This document shows, in pieces, positions 1 to 8,316 of a stretch of 64,000 bases of DNA (its first letter is position 1; each line of letters begins with the position of its first letter). Position numbers and translations under genes: made by a program. Source of the DNA: Dehalococcoidia bacterium. GTDB taxonomy: Bacteria > Chloroflexota > Dehalococcoidia > DSTF01 > JALHUB01. Where the stretch lies: positions 269,480-333,479 of the forward strand of contig JASEFU010000002.1 in assembly GCA_030018455.1 (NCBI GenBank), given 5' to 3'. Below the pieces are notes generated by a model, which was given only the letters and a program-made list of their open reading frames with translations, was not told the origin of the DNA and did no database searches.

Positions 1-545
1 GGCAGCGCTATCCCGCACAACTGGCGGATCTCGCCCGGCGCGTACATCCCCATTTCGAGGACGGCCCGTTCGTGGCGTCGTGTCAGCTTGAGCAGCGTCA
101 GCGGCAGGCCAATCTCGTTGTTGTAGTTCGCCTCGTTCTTCAGCACCCGGTAGCGGCGCGACAGGACCGACGCGGTTATCTCCTTCGTGGTTGTCTTGCC
201 GACGCTGCCGGTTACGCCGATGACCCGGACGGGGAAGCGTCGCCGGCGTCCGGCCGCCATCATCTGCAGCGCCTGGAGCGTGTCGCCGACGACGTAGACG
301 GCAACGCCTTCCGGCCTGCTCGCCGGCGGGCGCCGTACGAGCAGACCGCGCGCGCCCAGCGACAGCGCATCGCCCAGGAAATCGTGCCCATCGTGTCGCT
401 CTCCCTTCAGCGCGACGAAGAGGTCGCCGGGGCGCACCTGCTTGGAGTCGGTGACCACCCGTGAAAAGCGGGCGGGTATCTCCCCCGCCTTATCGAGAAG
501 GACCGGCCGCAGGCTGCTCTCGACCTCCACCGCCCTTATCATCAT
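1..545 (-). CDS. murF: UDP-N-acetylmuramoyl-tripeptide--D-alanyl-D-alanine ligase MurF, N-terminal part; the gene runs off the window start
   Basis: Reverse-strand translation starts MMIRAVEV...VVTDSKQVRPGDLFVALKGERHDGHDF...VIGVTGSVGKTTTKE. This is the MurF N-terminal signature plus P-loop. ATG at 545 is preceded by a GGAGG-like site and an in-frame stop upstream. The plus-strand ORF 72..464 shows no recognisable similarity and is rejected. Confidence 0.8.
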   Translation of the reverse strand, partial: MMIRAVEVESSLRPVLLDKAGEIPARFSRVVTDSKQVRPGDLFVALKGERHDGHDFLGDALSLGARGLLVRRPPASRPEGVAVYVVGDTLQALQMMAAGRRRRFPVRVIGVTGSVGKTTTKEITASVLSRRYRVLKNEANYNNEIGLPLTLLKLTRRHERAVLEMGMYAPGEIRQLCGIAL

Positions 546-561
546 CCCGCCTCACTCAAGG

Positions 562-2295
562 TCAGCCGCCCTGCTGTACCAGTTGCGGCGCGTCCGGCCG
601 CACGCCGAGGTATGAGAGGATACGGGGAGCAAGCTCAGCGAAGACCGGCGCCGCCACCATTCCTCCCAGCGTCTCGTTCTGGGGCTCGTCGATCTTGACC
701 AGTACGATGATCCGCGGATCCTCTGCGGGCGCAAAGCCCACGAACGAGGCGATCGTCCGGTCTGGAGCGTAACCTCCCGCCACCGAGATGAAGCTGGTCC
801 CCGTTTTTCCGCCCACATGATAACCCGAAATGCGCGCAAGGTGGGAGGGATTCCCTTCTACGACCTCTCGCAACATCTCGCGCAGCGTCTCCGCCGCTTC
901 CTCGGATATCACCCGCCGCACAACCACCGGCTCGAAAACGCGGTGCTCTCGCGGGCCTTTCACTTCCTGGACTACGTAGGGCCGCATCAGTTCGCCGCCG
1001 TTGACGATGGCTGCGATGGCGGTGATCATTTGTAGCGGCGTGACGCTTATCCCCTGGCCGAATGAGTTGGTCGCCAGATCGACGGGGTACCACTCGGGGT
1101 CGTCTTGCGTGCGGTACACCCCCGCCGCTTCGCCGCTCAGCCCAACATGCGTCGGCTCCCCGAAACCGAAGCGTTCGATGTACTCGTAGAACCGCTCCGG
1201 CCCGATCAACCCCGAGACCCACACGGCGCCTGTGTTGAGGCTCTTCTGCAGGAGCTGCACCATCGTTTGTGTGCCGTTGGCAGAGAAGTCCCAGTTGGCG
1301 ATCGCCGCGCCACCGACGTAGGCGTGGCCGGTGTCCTCGTACGTCGTCTGCGGCCCGACCAGTCCCAGGTCGACCGCCGCGGCCATCGTCACCACCTTCA
1401 TCGCCGAGCCCGGCTCGTAGAGGTCGGTCACCGCGCGGTTGCGGTAGAACTCCATCCTCGCCTCGTCGCTCAGGTCGAGTTCCGTGAGCTTGAAGCTGGG
1501 GCGGCTCGCCATCGCCAGTATCGCGCCCGTATCCGGTTCCATGACAATGATGGTCCCGCCCTTGGCGCCCCTGGCCTCGATCGTCGCGTCAAGCTGCTCC
1601 TCGACACTGCGCTGTATGTACCGGTCGATGGTGAGCCGGACATCGGCGCTGGCCTGCGGCTCGATAAGCCGCTGGTAGCCGAAGGGAATGGGGTTGCCCA
1701 GGCTGTCCCGTTCGAAGTATAAGGTTCCCGCTTCTCCGCCCAGTTCAGGGTCGAGGTCGGCCTCCAGGCCTGCCAGCCCCGTCTTGTCGCGGCCGATGAA
1801 GCCGAGGAGGCCGGACGCCAGGTCGCCTTCGGGGTAGAAGCGCTTTATCGTTGGGGTGGCGCGCACCCCCGGCAGACCCAGGGCGACAATCTTGGCGCCC
1901 TGGGCGTAGTCGAGCCCGCTCGCCAGCAGGTAGTCGCCTTCCTTCTCCGGGCCCATTGCGGCGAGGATGTCATCAGGGGAGCGATTGAGGAACGAAGAGA
2001 GCGCCTCCGCACCCTCGCGGGCGAGTTCCGCGTCCTGCCAAACTTCGCGGTCGATTGAGATGTCGTAGGCGTCGAGGGTGAGGGCGAGAGGGAAGCCGTT
2101 CCTGTCCAGTATCGCGCCCCGCGGCGGCAGCAGCTTTCGGACGCCGAGGTGCTCGTCCTCTGCTTCCACCGAGTAGCGTCCGTGGCTCACTATCTGGAGG
2201 TAAGCCAGGCGCCCAACGAGGACGGCGGCGCCGGCGAAAAGAAGAAACCCCAGCAGGAGAAGCCGCCAGGACACTCGCGCCACTCTTACGGGCAT
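562..2295 (-). CDS. ftsI: Peptidoglycan D,D-transpeptidase FtsI / PBP2-family penicillin-binding protein
   Basis: 577 aa with an N-terminal TM anchor, SxxK motif (GSAMK) and KTG motif (GGKTGTS). Positioned after ftsL in a dcw-type cluster. Confidence 0.9.
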   Translation of the reverse strand: MPVRVARVSWRLLLLGFLLFAGAAVLVGRLAYLQIVSHGRYSVEAEDEHLGVRKLLPPRGAILDRNGFPLALTLDAYDISIDREVWQDAELAREGAEALSSFLNRSPDDILAAMGPEKEGDYLLASGLDYAQGAKIVALGLPGVRATPTIKRFYPEGDLASGLLGFIGRDKTGLAGLEADLDPELGGEAGTLYFERDSLGNPIPFGYQRLIEPQASADVRLTIDRYIQRSVEEQLDATIEARGAKGGTIIVMEPDTGAILAMASRPSFKLTELDLSDEARMEFYRNRAVTDLYEPGSAMKVVTMAAAVDLGLVGPQTTYEDTGHAYVGGAAIANWDFSANGTQTMVQLLQKSLNTGAVWVSGLIGPERFYEYIERFGFGEPTHVGLSGEAAGVYRTQDDPEWYPVDLATNSFGQGISVTPLQMITAIAAIVNGGELMRPYVVQEVKGPREHRVFEPVVVRRVISEEAAETLREMLREVVEGNPSHLARISGYHVGGKTGTSFISVAGGYAPDRTIASFVGFAPAEDPRIIVLVKIDEPQNETLGGMVAAPVFAELAPRILSYLGVRPDAPQLVQQGG

Positions 2296-2366
2296 AATTA
2301 GCTTCCTTGCCGGATATTGTCGGCGCCCCGCTCACCCGCCGAGCCGAGGGAGGGGACGCGATGGTC

Positions 2367-2804
2367 CTAGTAGAAAGGCAAGAGCCGCAGCAGACGGCTT
2401 TGCCAGGAAGGGCTTTCAGCCGGCGGCTCTTCCATCAGGTAGCGCTGGGGCACGAGCTGCTGCGCCGGCGGCTCCGAGTGCACCTCCAGCGTCAGCACGC
2501 GCTCCGGCGGCGCCATGCCCAGCCTGCCGCGCGCTTCCTGCTCAATCCGTTGCATGGAAGTAAGGCCCGCAATCTCCGCCTCGATCTCGTGCACGCGGGC
2601 CTGCCAGCCGAGGCGCTGCTGCTCCAACTCACGGAGGTTATAGCCGCTCGTGGTGGCGTCGCTTGTCTGGAGCACCTGGAGCAGTCCTATGGCGGCGATC
2701 ACCAGGAAGGCCCCCAGCAGCAGCGGCCGCAGAGGCACCGGCCGCGAGAGGGGCCTGGAAAGGGGTCTCGGGATCAAACGGTCAAGAGATGCCATGTCTC
2801 TCAC
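2367..2804 (-). CDS. ftsL: Cell division protein FtsL / septum-formation initiator-like (small bitopic coiled-coil protein)
   Basis: 145 aa with a single TM (LLLGAFLVIAAIGLL) followed by a coiled-coil region. Located between rsmH and ftsI as in dcw clusters. Confidence 0.65.
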   Translation of the reverse strand: MRDMASLDRLIPRPLSRPLSRPVPLRPLLLGAFLVIAAIGLLQVLQTSDATTSGYNLRELEQQRLGWQARVHEIEAEIAGLTSMQRIEQEARGRLGMAPPERVLTLEVHSEPPAQQLVPQRYLMEEPPAESPSWQSRLLRLLPFY

Positions 2805-2825
2805 TCGTTCGCGGACTTGCCCCGT

Positions 2826-3767
2826 TTAGAGACGTTCCGCTACTCTGAGCCGGGCGCTGCGGGACCGGGGGTTGATCGCCACCTCCAGAGCAGATGGTCT
2901 TGCCGGCTTTTTCGTCAGTACTCGCAAAGTAGCGTGATGATTGCAGGTGCAGATGGGGGTGCCGGGAGGACACACACAGTCCTGCGACTCGCGGCGGAAG
3001 AAGTCCTTGACCAGGCGGTCCTCAAGGGAGTGGTAAGAGATGACCGCCAGTCGGGCGCCGGAATAGTCGAGCAGGCCGTGGGCCTCGGTGAGCGCGGTAG
3101 CTAAGTGGGCTAGCTCTTGGTTTACCGCAATGCGAAGGGCCTGGAACGTCCTGGTGGCGGGGTGGATGACGTTTCGGCCCCTTCTTCCCACGGCCTGCTC
3201 GACGACTCCAGCGAGTTGGGTGGTGGTGAGGATCGGTCGCTCCTCAACGATGCAGCGTGCGATCTGCCTGGCCCTGCGCTCTTCACCAAAGCGCCAGATA
3301 AGGTCGGCCAGCTCTTCCTCCCGGTACCCATTGACGATATCGTCTGCGGTGAGAGTTTGCCCGGGGCTGAAACGCATATCCAGCGGTCCTTCGCGACTGA
3401 AGCTGAACCCGCGTCTCGCCGTTTCAAGCTGAAACGAAGAGATGCCCAGGTCCAGCAGAATCCCATCTACAGGGCCGAAGCCGCGGCTCCGGCATATTCG
3501 GCGGACGTCGGCGAAGTTGCCTTCGACGAGCGTCACTCTGTCGCCGTAGGGCGAGAGGCGCTCTTCGGCCACCGCCAGCGCCTGCGAATCGAGATCGATC
3601 CCGAGCAGCCGGCCGTCCGGCGAAGCGGCCTCGATGATGGCTTCGGCGTGACCGCCTTCGCCTACCGTGCAGTCGACGTAGCGGCCTCCTGCCCTCACCG
3701 CCAGGCCATCTATGACCTCGCGCACCATCACCGGAATGTGTATTGCCGTCATCATCACCACTGTCAT
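2826..3767 (-). CDS. rsmH: 16S rRNA (cytosine1402-N4)-methyltransferase RsmH (MraW)
   Basis: MTVVMMTAIHIPVMVREVIDGLAV...VDCTVGEGGHAEAII...DLGISSFQLE... is the typical RsmH sequence. The start is moved to the ATG at 3767, which overlaps the mraZ stop (ATGA). The ORF-track N-terminal extension is rejected. Confidence 0.9.
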   Translation of the reverse strand: MTVVMMTAIHIPVMVREVIDGLAVRAGGRYVDCTVGEGGHAEAIIEAASPDGRLLGIDLDSQALAVAEERLSPYGDRVTLVEGNFADVRRICRSRGFGPVDGILLDLGISSFQLETARRGFSFSREGPLDMRFSPGQTLTADDIVNGYREEELADLIWRFGEERRARQIARCIVEERPILTTTQLAGVVEQAVGRRGRNVIHPATRTFQALRIAVNQELAHLATALTEAHGLLDYSGARLAVISYHSLEDRLVKDFFRRESQDCVCPPGTPICTCNHHATLRVLTKKPARPSALEVAINPRSRSARLRVAERL

Positions 3768-4195
3768 GGCCGCTCTTCCATGGACTCGCGGGTGACCTCG
3801 TACTCTGCGTCTACGGCCTCTTCCTCTTCCGCCCAGCGCTGCCCGTTCCAGATCTCGAGGCACTCGCCGCGTCCCACCATTAGCACGCTGCCCTCGAGGC
3901 CGGCGCGTTGTCGCAGTCTGGGCGGCAGGAGAATGCGGCCCTGGGCGTCCAGCTCCACGTCCCACGACCTGCCGAAGAACCCCCGGCGCAGGCGGCGCGC
4001 CTTCTTGCGGGTAGGGCGCTGCTTCAGCAGGAACTCCGCTTCTTCCTCATAGGACTCGGCGGTGTACACTTCCACGCAGCCGTCCTGGCTTTCCGCCAGC
4101 ACAGCGCCTCTGGCAAAGGAGGGTCGGTAACGGGCGGGGATCGGGATCCTTCCCCGGTCGTCCAATGTGTACTCAAATGTGCCTCGAAAGACCAT
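3764..4195 (-). CDS. mraZ: Transcriptional regulator MraZ
   Basis: MVFRGTFEYTLDDRGRIPIPARYR... shows the duplicated MraZ fold. It is the first gene of the dcw cluster. Start is placed at the second Met (4195). Confidence 0.9.
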   Translation of the reverse strand: MVFRGTFEYTLDDRGRIPIPARYRPSFARGAVLAESQDGCVEVYTAESYEEEAEFLLKQRPTRKKARRLRRGFFGRSWDVELDAQGRILLPPRLRQRAGLEGSVLMVGRGECLEIWNGQRWAEEEEAVDAEYEVTRESMEERP

Positions 4196-4228
4196 GCGAC
4201 ATCCCCGCCCGTTGACCAGCGCTCTTCC

Positions 4229-4281
4229 CCACAGACCACCACAACGCTCCACATACTACCACATCGTCCCCAACTGTCAAG
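4229..4281 (-). promoter_or_regulatory. P_mra promoter (TTGACA-16nt-TAGTAT) with four direct GTGG repeats at exact 10-bp phasing (putative MraZ operator)
   Basis: Minus-strand sequence reads cTTGACAgttggggacgatgtggTAGTATgtggagcgttgtggtggtctgtgggg. GTGG falls at offsets 19, 29, 39 and 49. This sits in a low-GC island about 35-85 nt upstream of the mraZ start. MraZ is known to bind phased TGGG-type direct repeats at its own promoter. Confidence 0.6.
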
Positions 4282-4360
4282 CCTTTTCCCCTGCTTCCTC
4301 CAATCTTTTTTCGCCCTTCTGCGCTGTGCTATCATGAACTGTTGACAGGAGGAATTTTAC

Positions 4361-4873
4361 ATGCCCATACGCGCCGGCATTCTAACGGTCAGCGATAAAG
4401 CGTCGCGGGGCGAGCGCGAGGACACGAGCGGCCCCGCGATGCGCGAGCTACTGTCCGCGATAGACTCGATTGTCGAGAAGTACGAAGTTGTGCCGGACGA
4501 GGCGGACGAGATAAGCGATCGTCTTCGTCGCTGGTGTGATGAGGACGGGCTCGACCTCATACTCACCACCGGCGGCAGCGGCCTCGGGCCGCGCGACGTC
4601 ACGCCGGAAGCGACCGCCGCTGTGGTGGACCGCCTGGCGCCCGGCATCCCGGAGGCGTTGCGTCAGGACGGACTACGCCACACGCCGATGGCGATGTTGA
4701 GCCGAAACGTTGCCGGAGTGCGGGGCAAAACGCTCATCGTAAACTTCCCCGGCAGCGAACCGGCGGTCCGCGAGGGGCTCTCGTTCCTTATGCCGGTGCT
4801 CGTCCACGCGATCGAGATCATCCGGGGCGTCCCCTCCGACCATCTGCCGCCGGCGCCGCCTGTTTGGGAGTAG
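4361..4873 (+). CDS. mogA: Molybdopterin adenylyltransferase MogA/MoaB family
   Basis: 170 aa with ILTVSDKASRGEREDTSGP...LILTTGGSGLGPRD, the MogA/MoaB fold with its GGTG motif. An AGGAGG site lies 8 nt upstream of the ATG. Confidence 0.85.
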   Translation: MPIRAGILTVSDKASRGEREDTSGPAMRELLSAIDSIVEKYEVVPDEADEISDRLRRWCDEDGLDLILTTGGSGLGPRDVTPEATAAVVDRLAPGIPEALRQDGLRHTPMAMLSRNVAGVRGKTLIVNFPGSEPAVREGLSFLMPVLVHAIEIIRGVPSDHLPPAPPVWE

Positions 4874-4879
4874 GCGCCG

Positions 4880-5617
4880 ATGCGTTTCGATGTCCTCACC
4901 CTCTTCCCCGAGATGTTCCGCGGGCCGCTCGAGAGCAGCATCATGAAGCGCGCCGTCGAGGCGGGACTTATCGAGGTGGCGCTGCACAACATACGTGACT
5001 ACACTGAAGACCGGCACCGCGTAGTAGACGACTACCCCTACGGCGGCGGGCCGGGCATGGTCATGAAGCCGGAGCCGATATTCCGCGCCGTCGAGGAGGT
5101 GAACGCGATGGCGTCGCCGGCGGCGCACGTCGTGCTGATGACTCCGCAGGGCCGCCTCCTCAGCCAGCAGGTGGCGGTCGAGCTATCGCAGCGGCCGCGG
5201 CTCATGCTGGTCTGTGGTCACTACGAGGGCGTCGACGAGCGGGTGCGAGAGCACCTTGTAGACGATGAGGTAAGCATCGGCGACTACGTCCTCTCAGGCG
5301 GCGAGCTGCCGGCGATGGTGCTCATCGAGGCGGTGGCGCGGCGGGTGCCCGGCGTCCTCGGCTCGGGGGAATCGCTCTCGGAGGAGTCGCACGCCCAGGG
5401 GCTGTTGGAGTATCCTCAGTACACGAGGCCTCCCGAGTTCCGCGGTTGGGCCGTCCCCGAGGTGCTGCTATCGGGCCATCATGGCGAGATTGCCAAATGG
5501 CGCCGCCGGCAGAGTATAATTCATACGGCCAAACGACGCCCTGACCTGCTCGAGCGCGCCGCGCTGTCTCCGGAGGAGCGGCGGCTTGCGGCGGCGGCGA
5601 TGGCGGGCGAGGTCTGA
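4880..5617 (+). CDS. trmD: tRNA (guanine37-N1)-methyltransferase TrmD
   Basis: [13 protein letters not shown]...[17 protein letters not shown]...[12 protein letters not shown] is the TrmD SPOUT signature. It is followed by rplS, as in the rpsP-rimM-trmD-rplS context. Confidence 0.92.
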   Translation: MRFDVLTLFPEMFRGPLESSIMKRAVEAGLIEVALHNIRDYTEDRHRVVDDYPYGGGPGMVMKPEPIFRAVEEVNAMASPAAHVVLMTPQGRLLSQQVAVELSQRPRLMLVCGHYEGVDERVREHLVDDEVSIGDYVLSGGELPAMVLIEAVARRVPGVLGSGESLSEESHAQGLLEYPQYTRPPEFRGWAVPEVLLSGHHGEIAKWRRRQSIIHTAKRRPDLLERAALSPEERRLAAAAMAGEV

Positions 5618-5646
5618 GCGGCGACAATACGCATTGGAGAACGATT

Positions 5647-6003
5647 GTGGTAGACGTTAATTCCATCATCGATCTGAAGCCGAACCCAAATATCGAAGAG
5701 TTCAACATCGGCGACACTGTCCGCGTCACCTCAAAAGTGGTCGAGGGCGACAGGGAGCGGAGCCAGGCCTTTCAGGGCGTCATCATCCGTGCGCGGCGCG
5801 GCGCCGGCCCGAGCGCCAACGTGACCGTGCGGCGCGTCACTCACGGTGTGGGCGTTGAACGGACGTTTCTGCTCAACTCGCCGCGCTTTGAAAAGCTGGA
5901 AGTGGTGCGTCGCGGCAAGGTGCGGCGGGCGAAGCTGTACTATCTGCGGGGCCGCACGGGCAAGGCGGCGCGCATCAAAGAGAAGACGCGCGCCCGCGAG
6001 TAG
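5647..6003 (+). CDS. rplS: 50S ribosomal protein L19
   Basis: 118 aa. ...[37 protein letters not shown]...[14 protein letters not shown]...[17 protein letters not shown] is conserved bL19. Confidence 0.93.
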   Translation: MVDVNSIIDLKPNPNIEEFNIGDTVRVTSKVVEGDRERSQAFQGVIIRARRGAGPSANVTVRRVTHGVGVERTFLLNSPRFEKLEVVRRGKVRRAKLYYLRGRTGKAARIKEKTRARE

Positions 6004-6154
6004 CGTCACATCGCTCCCGCCGGATTCTTGCCGAAGCAGCTTAGGGCGCCGCGTTCCGAAGCTTTCCGTTCTCGTGGGTTCGTTGGTTAGCCCTCCTTCC
6101 CGCTCCGTCGGCTCCCTATTACAATAGGGTCAGAGAGCTTCGCTGGAGATACCT

Positions 6155-6670
6155 GTGGCTGTTCTCCCCATCCGTGTTGCCGGCGACCCCGTCCTCCGTC
6201 AGAAGACGCGGCGCGTGCGCGCCATCGATGCCTCCGTCCAGAAGCTGATCGACGACATGATCGAGACGATGAGGGCGGCGCCCGGCGTCGGGCTTGCCGG
6301 CCCCCAGGTCGGGTCGCCTCTCCGCATCGCCGTCATCGAGATCCCCGGGCAGGAAGTCATCGTTCTCATCAACCCGGAGATCGTGCGCCGTTCGGGCCAG
6401 CGACGGGTCGAGGAAGGCTGCCTCTCCGTCCCCGGCTACTACGGCGAGATCACGCGCTCCCAATCGGTGACGGTCAAGGCGCTCGACCGTCAGGGGAAGC
6501 CGTTCCGCATAAAGGCGAAAGACGATCTCCTGGCGCAGGCGCTGGAGCACGAGACCGACCACCTCGACGGCTTTCTTTACATCGACCGCCTGGAAAGCCT
6601 CGACCAGCTCGTGAAGGTCGAGCCGCAGGAGGCCGCCGCGGAGCCGGGAAAAGAGAAGCCCGGCCTGTAG
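6155..6670 (+). CDS. def: Peptide deformylase
   Basis: GVGLAGPQVG, EGCLSVPG and HETDHLDG motifs are present. GTG start with a GGAG site upstream. Confidence 0.92.
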   Translation: MAVLPIRVAGDPVLRQKTRRVRAIDASVQKLIDDMIETMRAAPGVGLAGPQVGSPLRIAVIEIPGQEVIVLINPEIVRRSGQRRVEEGCLSVPGYYGEITRSQSVTVKALDRQGKPFRIKAKDDLLAQALEHETDHLDGFLYIDRLESLDQLVKVEPQEAAAEPGKEKPGL

Positions 6671-6681
6671 CCGCGCCCAGC

Positions 6682-8193
6682 ATGACCCTACCGAGGCGTT
6701 CCCCTTTCATCCCTCGCCCTATCAGACGCCTCCTCGCAAAGCTGCGGGACATCTGGCAGGAGAGAGGCGCCGAAGCCTACCTCGTCGGCGGCTTCCTCCG
6801 CGATCTCATCCTCGGGCGTCCCACGGGCGACATCGACATCGCGCTCACCGGCGATGCTCTCAAGCTTTCGCGCCTCGCCGCCGATGCCTTGCACGGCCAC
6901 TGGGTCCCCCTGCACGAGGAGCACGCCGTCGCCCGCACTGTGCTCCCCCAGCGGGCAGCCGTGCGCTACGTCGACGTCGCCGCTCTGCGAGGCGGTAGCA
7001 TCGAGACCGACCTGGCGAGCCGCGACTTCACCATCGACGCCATGGCCCTGCCGCTCGACGCCACCGGCAAAGGCTCCCGGGACGCGCTGATCGACCCTTT
7101 CGGCGGGCGCGACGATCTGGATTCGGGGACGATACGGGCGGTGGGCAGCACAGTGTTCCGCGACGATGGGCTGCGTCTCCTTCGCGCCGTGCGCCTGGCC
7201 GCCGAGCTCGATTTCTCGATCGAGCCTCTCACCGCCGCCCTCATCGAGCGCGACGCGTCGCATCTGACGGACGCCGCCCGCGAGCGCCAGCGCGACGAGC
7301 TGGTACGGACTCTCCTCACGCCGCGCTCCGCTGCGGCCCTGCGCCTCGCCGACAGGCTTGGCTTGCTCGACCGGCTGCTGCCGGAGCTGGGTCCGGCGCG
7401 CGGCGTCGTCCAACCGAAGGGGCACTTCTGGGACGTCTTCAATCATCTGCTGGAGACGCTGGCCGCCCTCGACTTCATGCTTTCGGAGGAGGAGCCGTCG
7501 CAGCCGGCGCAAGCGGCCTTCTGGCGCGAGCTCTGGGGTCAGCTCTCATGGCTGCCCGGGCTGCGCGAGCACTTTCGTCGCGAAGCCGTGCAGGGGAGGC
7601 CGCGGACCGCGCTGCTCAAGCTCGCCGGCCTCTTGCACGACATCGACAAGCCGGAGGCGAAGTTCATCGATGCCGGCGGGCGGATACGTTTCTTCGGCCA
7701 CCCGCAGAAGGGGGCGGAGAAGGCGGAGCGCCTGATGTCGAGGCTGCGCTTCGGGGCTGCGGAGCGAAAGCTCGTCGGGCTCATGGTGCGGCACCACATG
7801 CGGCCGGGCCAGCTCAGCGCGGGGAAGCCGCCGAGCCGCCGCGCTCTCTACCGCTTCTTTCGCGACGCCGGCGACGCGGCGATCGACGTGCTCTTCCTCT
7901 TCCTGGCCGATCACATGGCGGCGCGCGGCCCTCGTCTCCAGCTATCGACGTGGCGCAGGCAGGTCGCCTACGTCAGTTACGTCCTCCGGCAGCACTACTT
8001 TGAGACGGCGCTCACCGCCCCGCCCCGGCTCGTCACCGGCGACGACCTGATGGAGGCGCTGAGGATAGGCCCCGGCCCGCTGGTAGGGCGTCTGTTGTCG
8101 CAAATCGAGGAGGCGCAGGCCGCGGGAGAGGTCGGTTCGCGGGAAGAGGCCCTGGACCTGGCGAAAAGGCTGCTGGCAGGAGAAAAGGGGTAG
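6682..8193 (+). CDS. cca: CCA-adding tRNA nucleotidyltransferase with C-terminal HD domain
   Basis: LVGGFLRDLILGRPTGDIDIALTGD is the Pol-beta NTase head. The C-terminal part carries HD-domain His/Asp residues (GLLHDIDK...FFGHPQKG). Confidence 0.85.
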   Translation: MTLPRRSPFIPRPIRRLLAKLRDIWQERGAEAYLVGGFLRDLILGRPTGDIDIALTGDALKLSRLAADALHGHWVPLHEEHAVARTVLPQRAAVRYVDVAALRGGSIETDLASRDFTIDAMALPLDATGKGSRDALIDPFGGRDDLDSGTIRAVGSTVFRDDGLRLLRAVRLAAELDFSIEPLTAALIERDASHLTDAARERQRDELVRTLLTPRSAAALRLADRLGLLDRLLPELGPARGVVQPKGHFWDVFNHLLETLAALDFMLSEEEPSQPAQAAFWRELWGQLSWLPGLREHFRREAVQGRPRTALLKLAGLLHDIDKPEAKFIDAGGRIRFFGHPQKGAEKAERLMSRLRFGAAERKLVGLMVRHHMRPGQLSAGKPPSRRALYRFFRDAGDAAIDVLFLFLADHMAARGPRLQLSTWRRQVAYVSYVLRQHYFETALTAPPRLVTGDDLMEALRIGPGPLVGRLLSQIEEAQAAGEVGSREEALDLAKRLLAGEKG

Positions 8194-8316
8194 CCCCAGA
8201 GCTTCGAACGTCCTAGCATGTAATAGACAGTGTGTTATAGTTGTTATCGCTTGCGTGAGGATGCGTGGGCGCAGAGATCGCCGGGAAGGCGAGGAACAGG
8301 AGTCGCCTAGGCCAGC

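Noticed and set aside
72-464. Plus-strand 130-aa ORF at the window start
   Set aside because: No recognisable similarity. The opposite strand encodes a clear MurF N-terminus with RBS and start at 545. The plus ORF is an antisense artefact of GC-rich coding DNA.
6004-6154. Hairpin CCCTATT-aca-AATAGGG between rplS and def
   Set aside because: It is a short 7-bp stem without a following T-run and is 20 nt from the def RBS. It could be a minor operator or mRNA element, but evidence is too thin to call.
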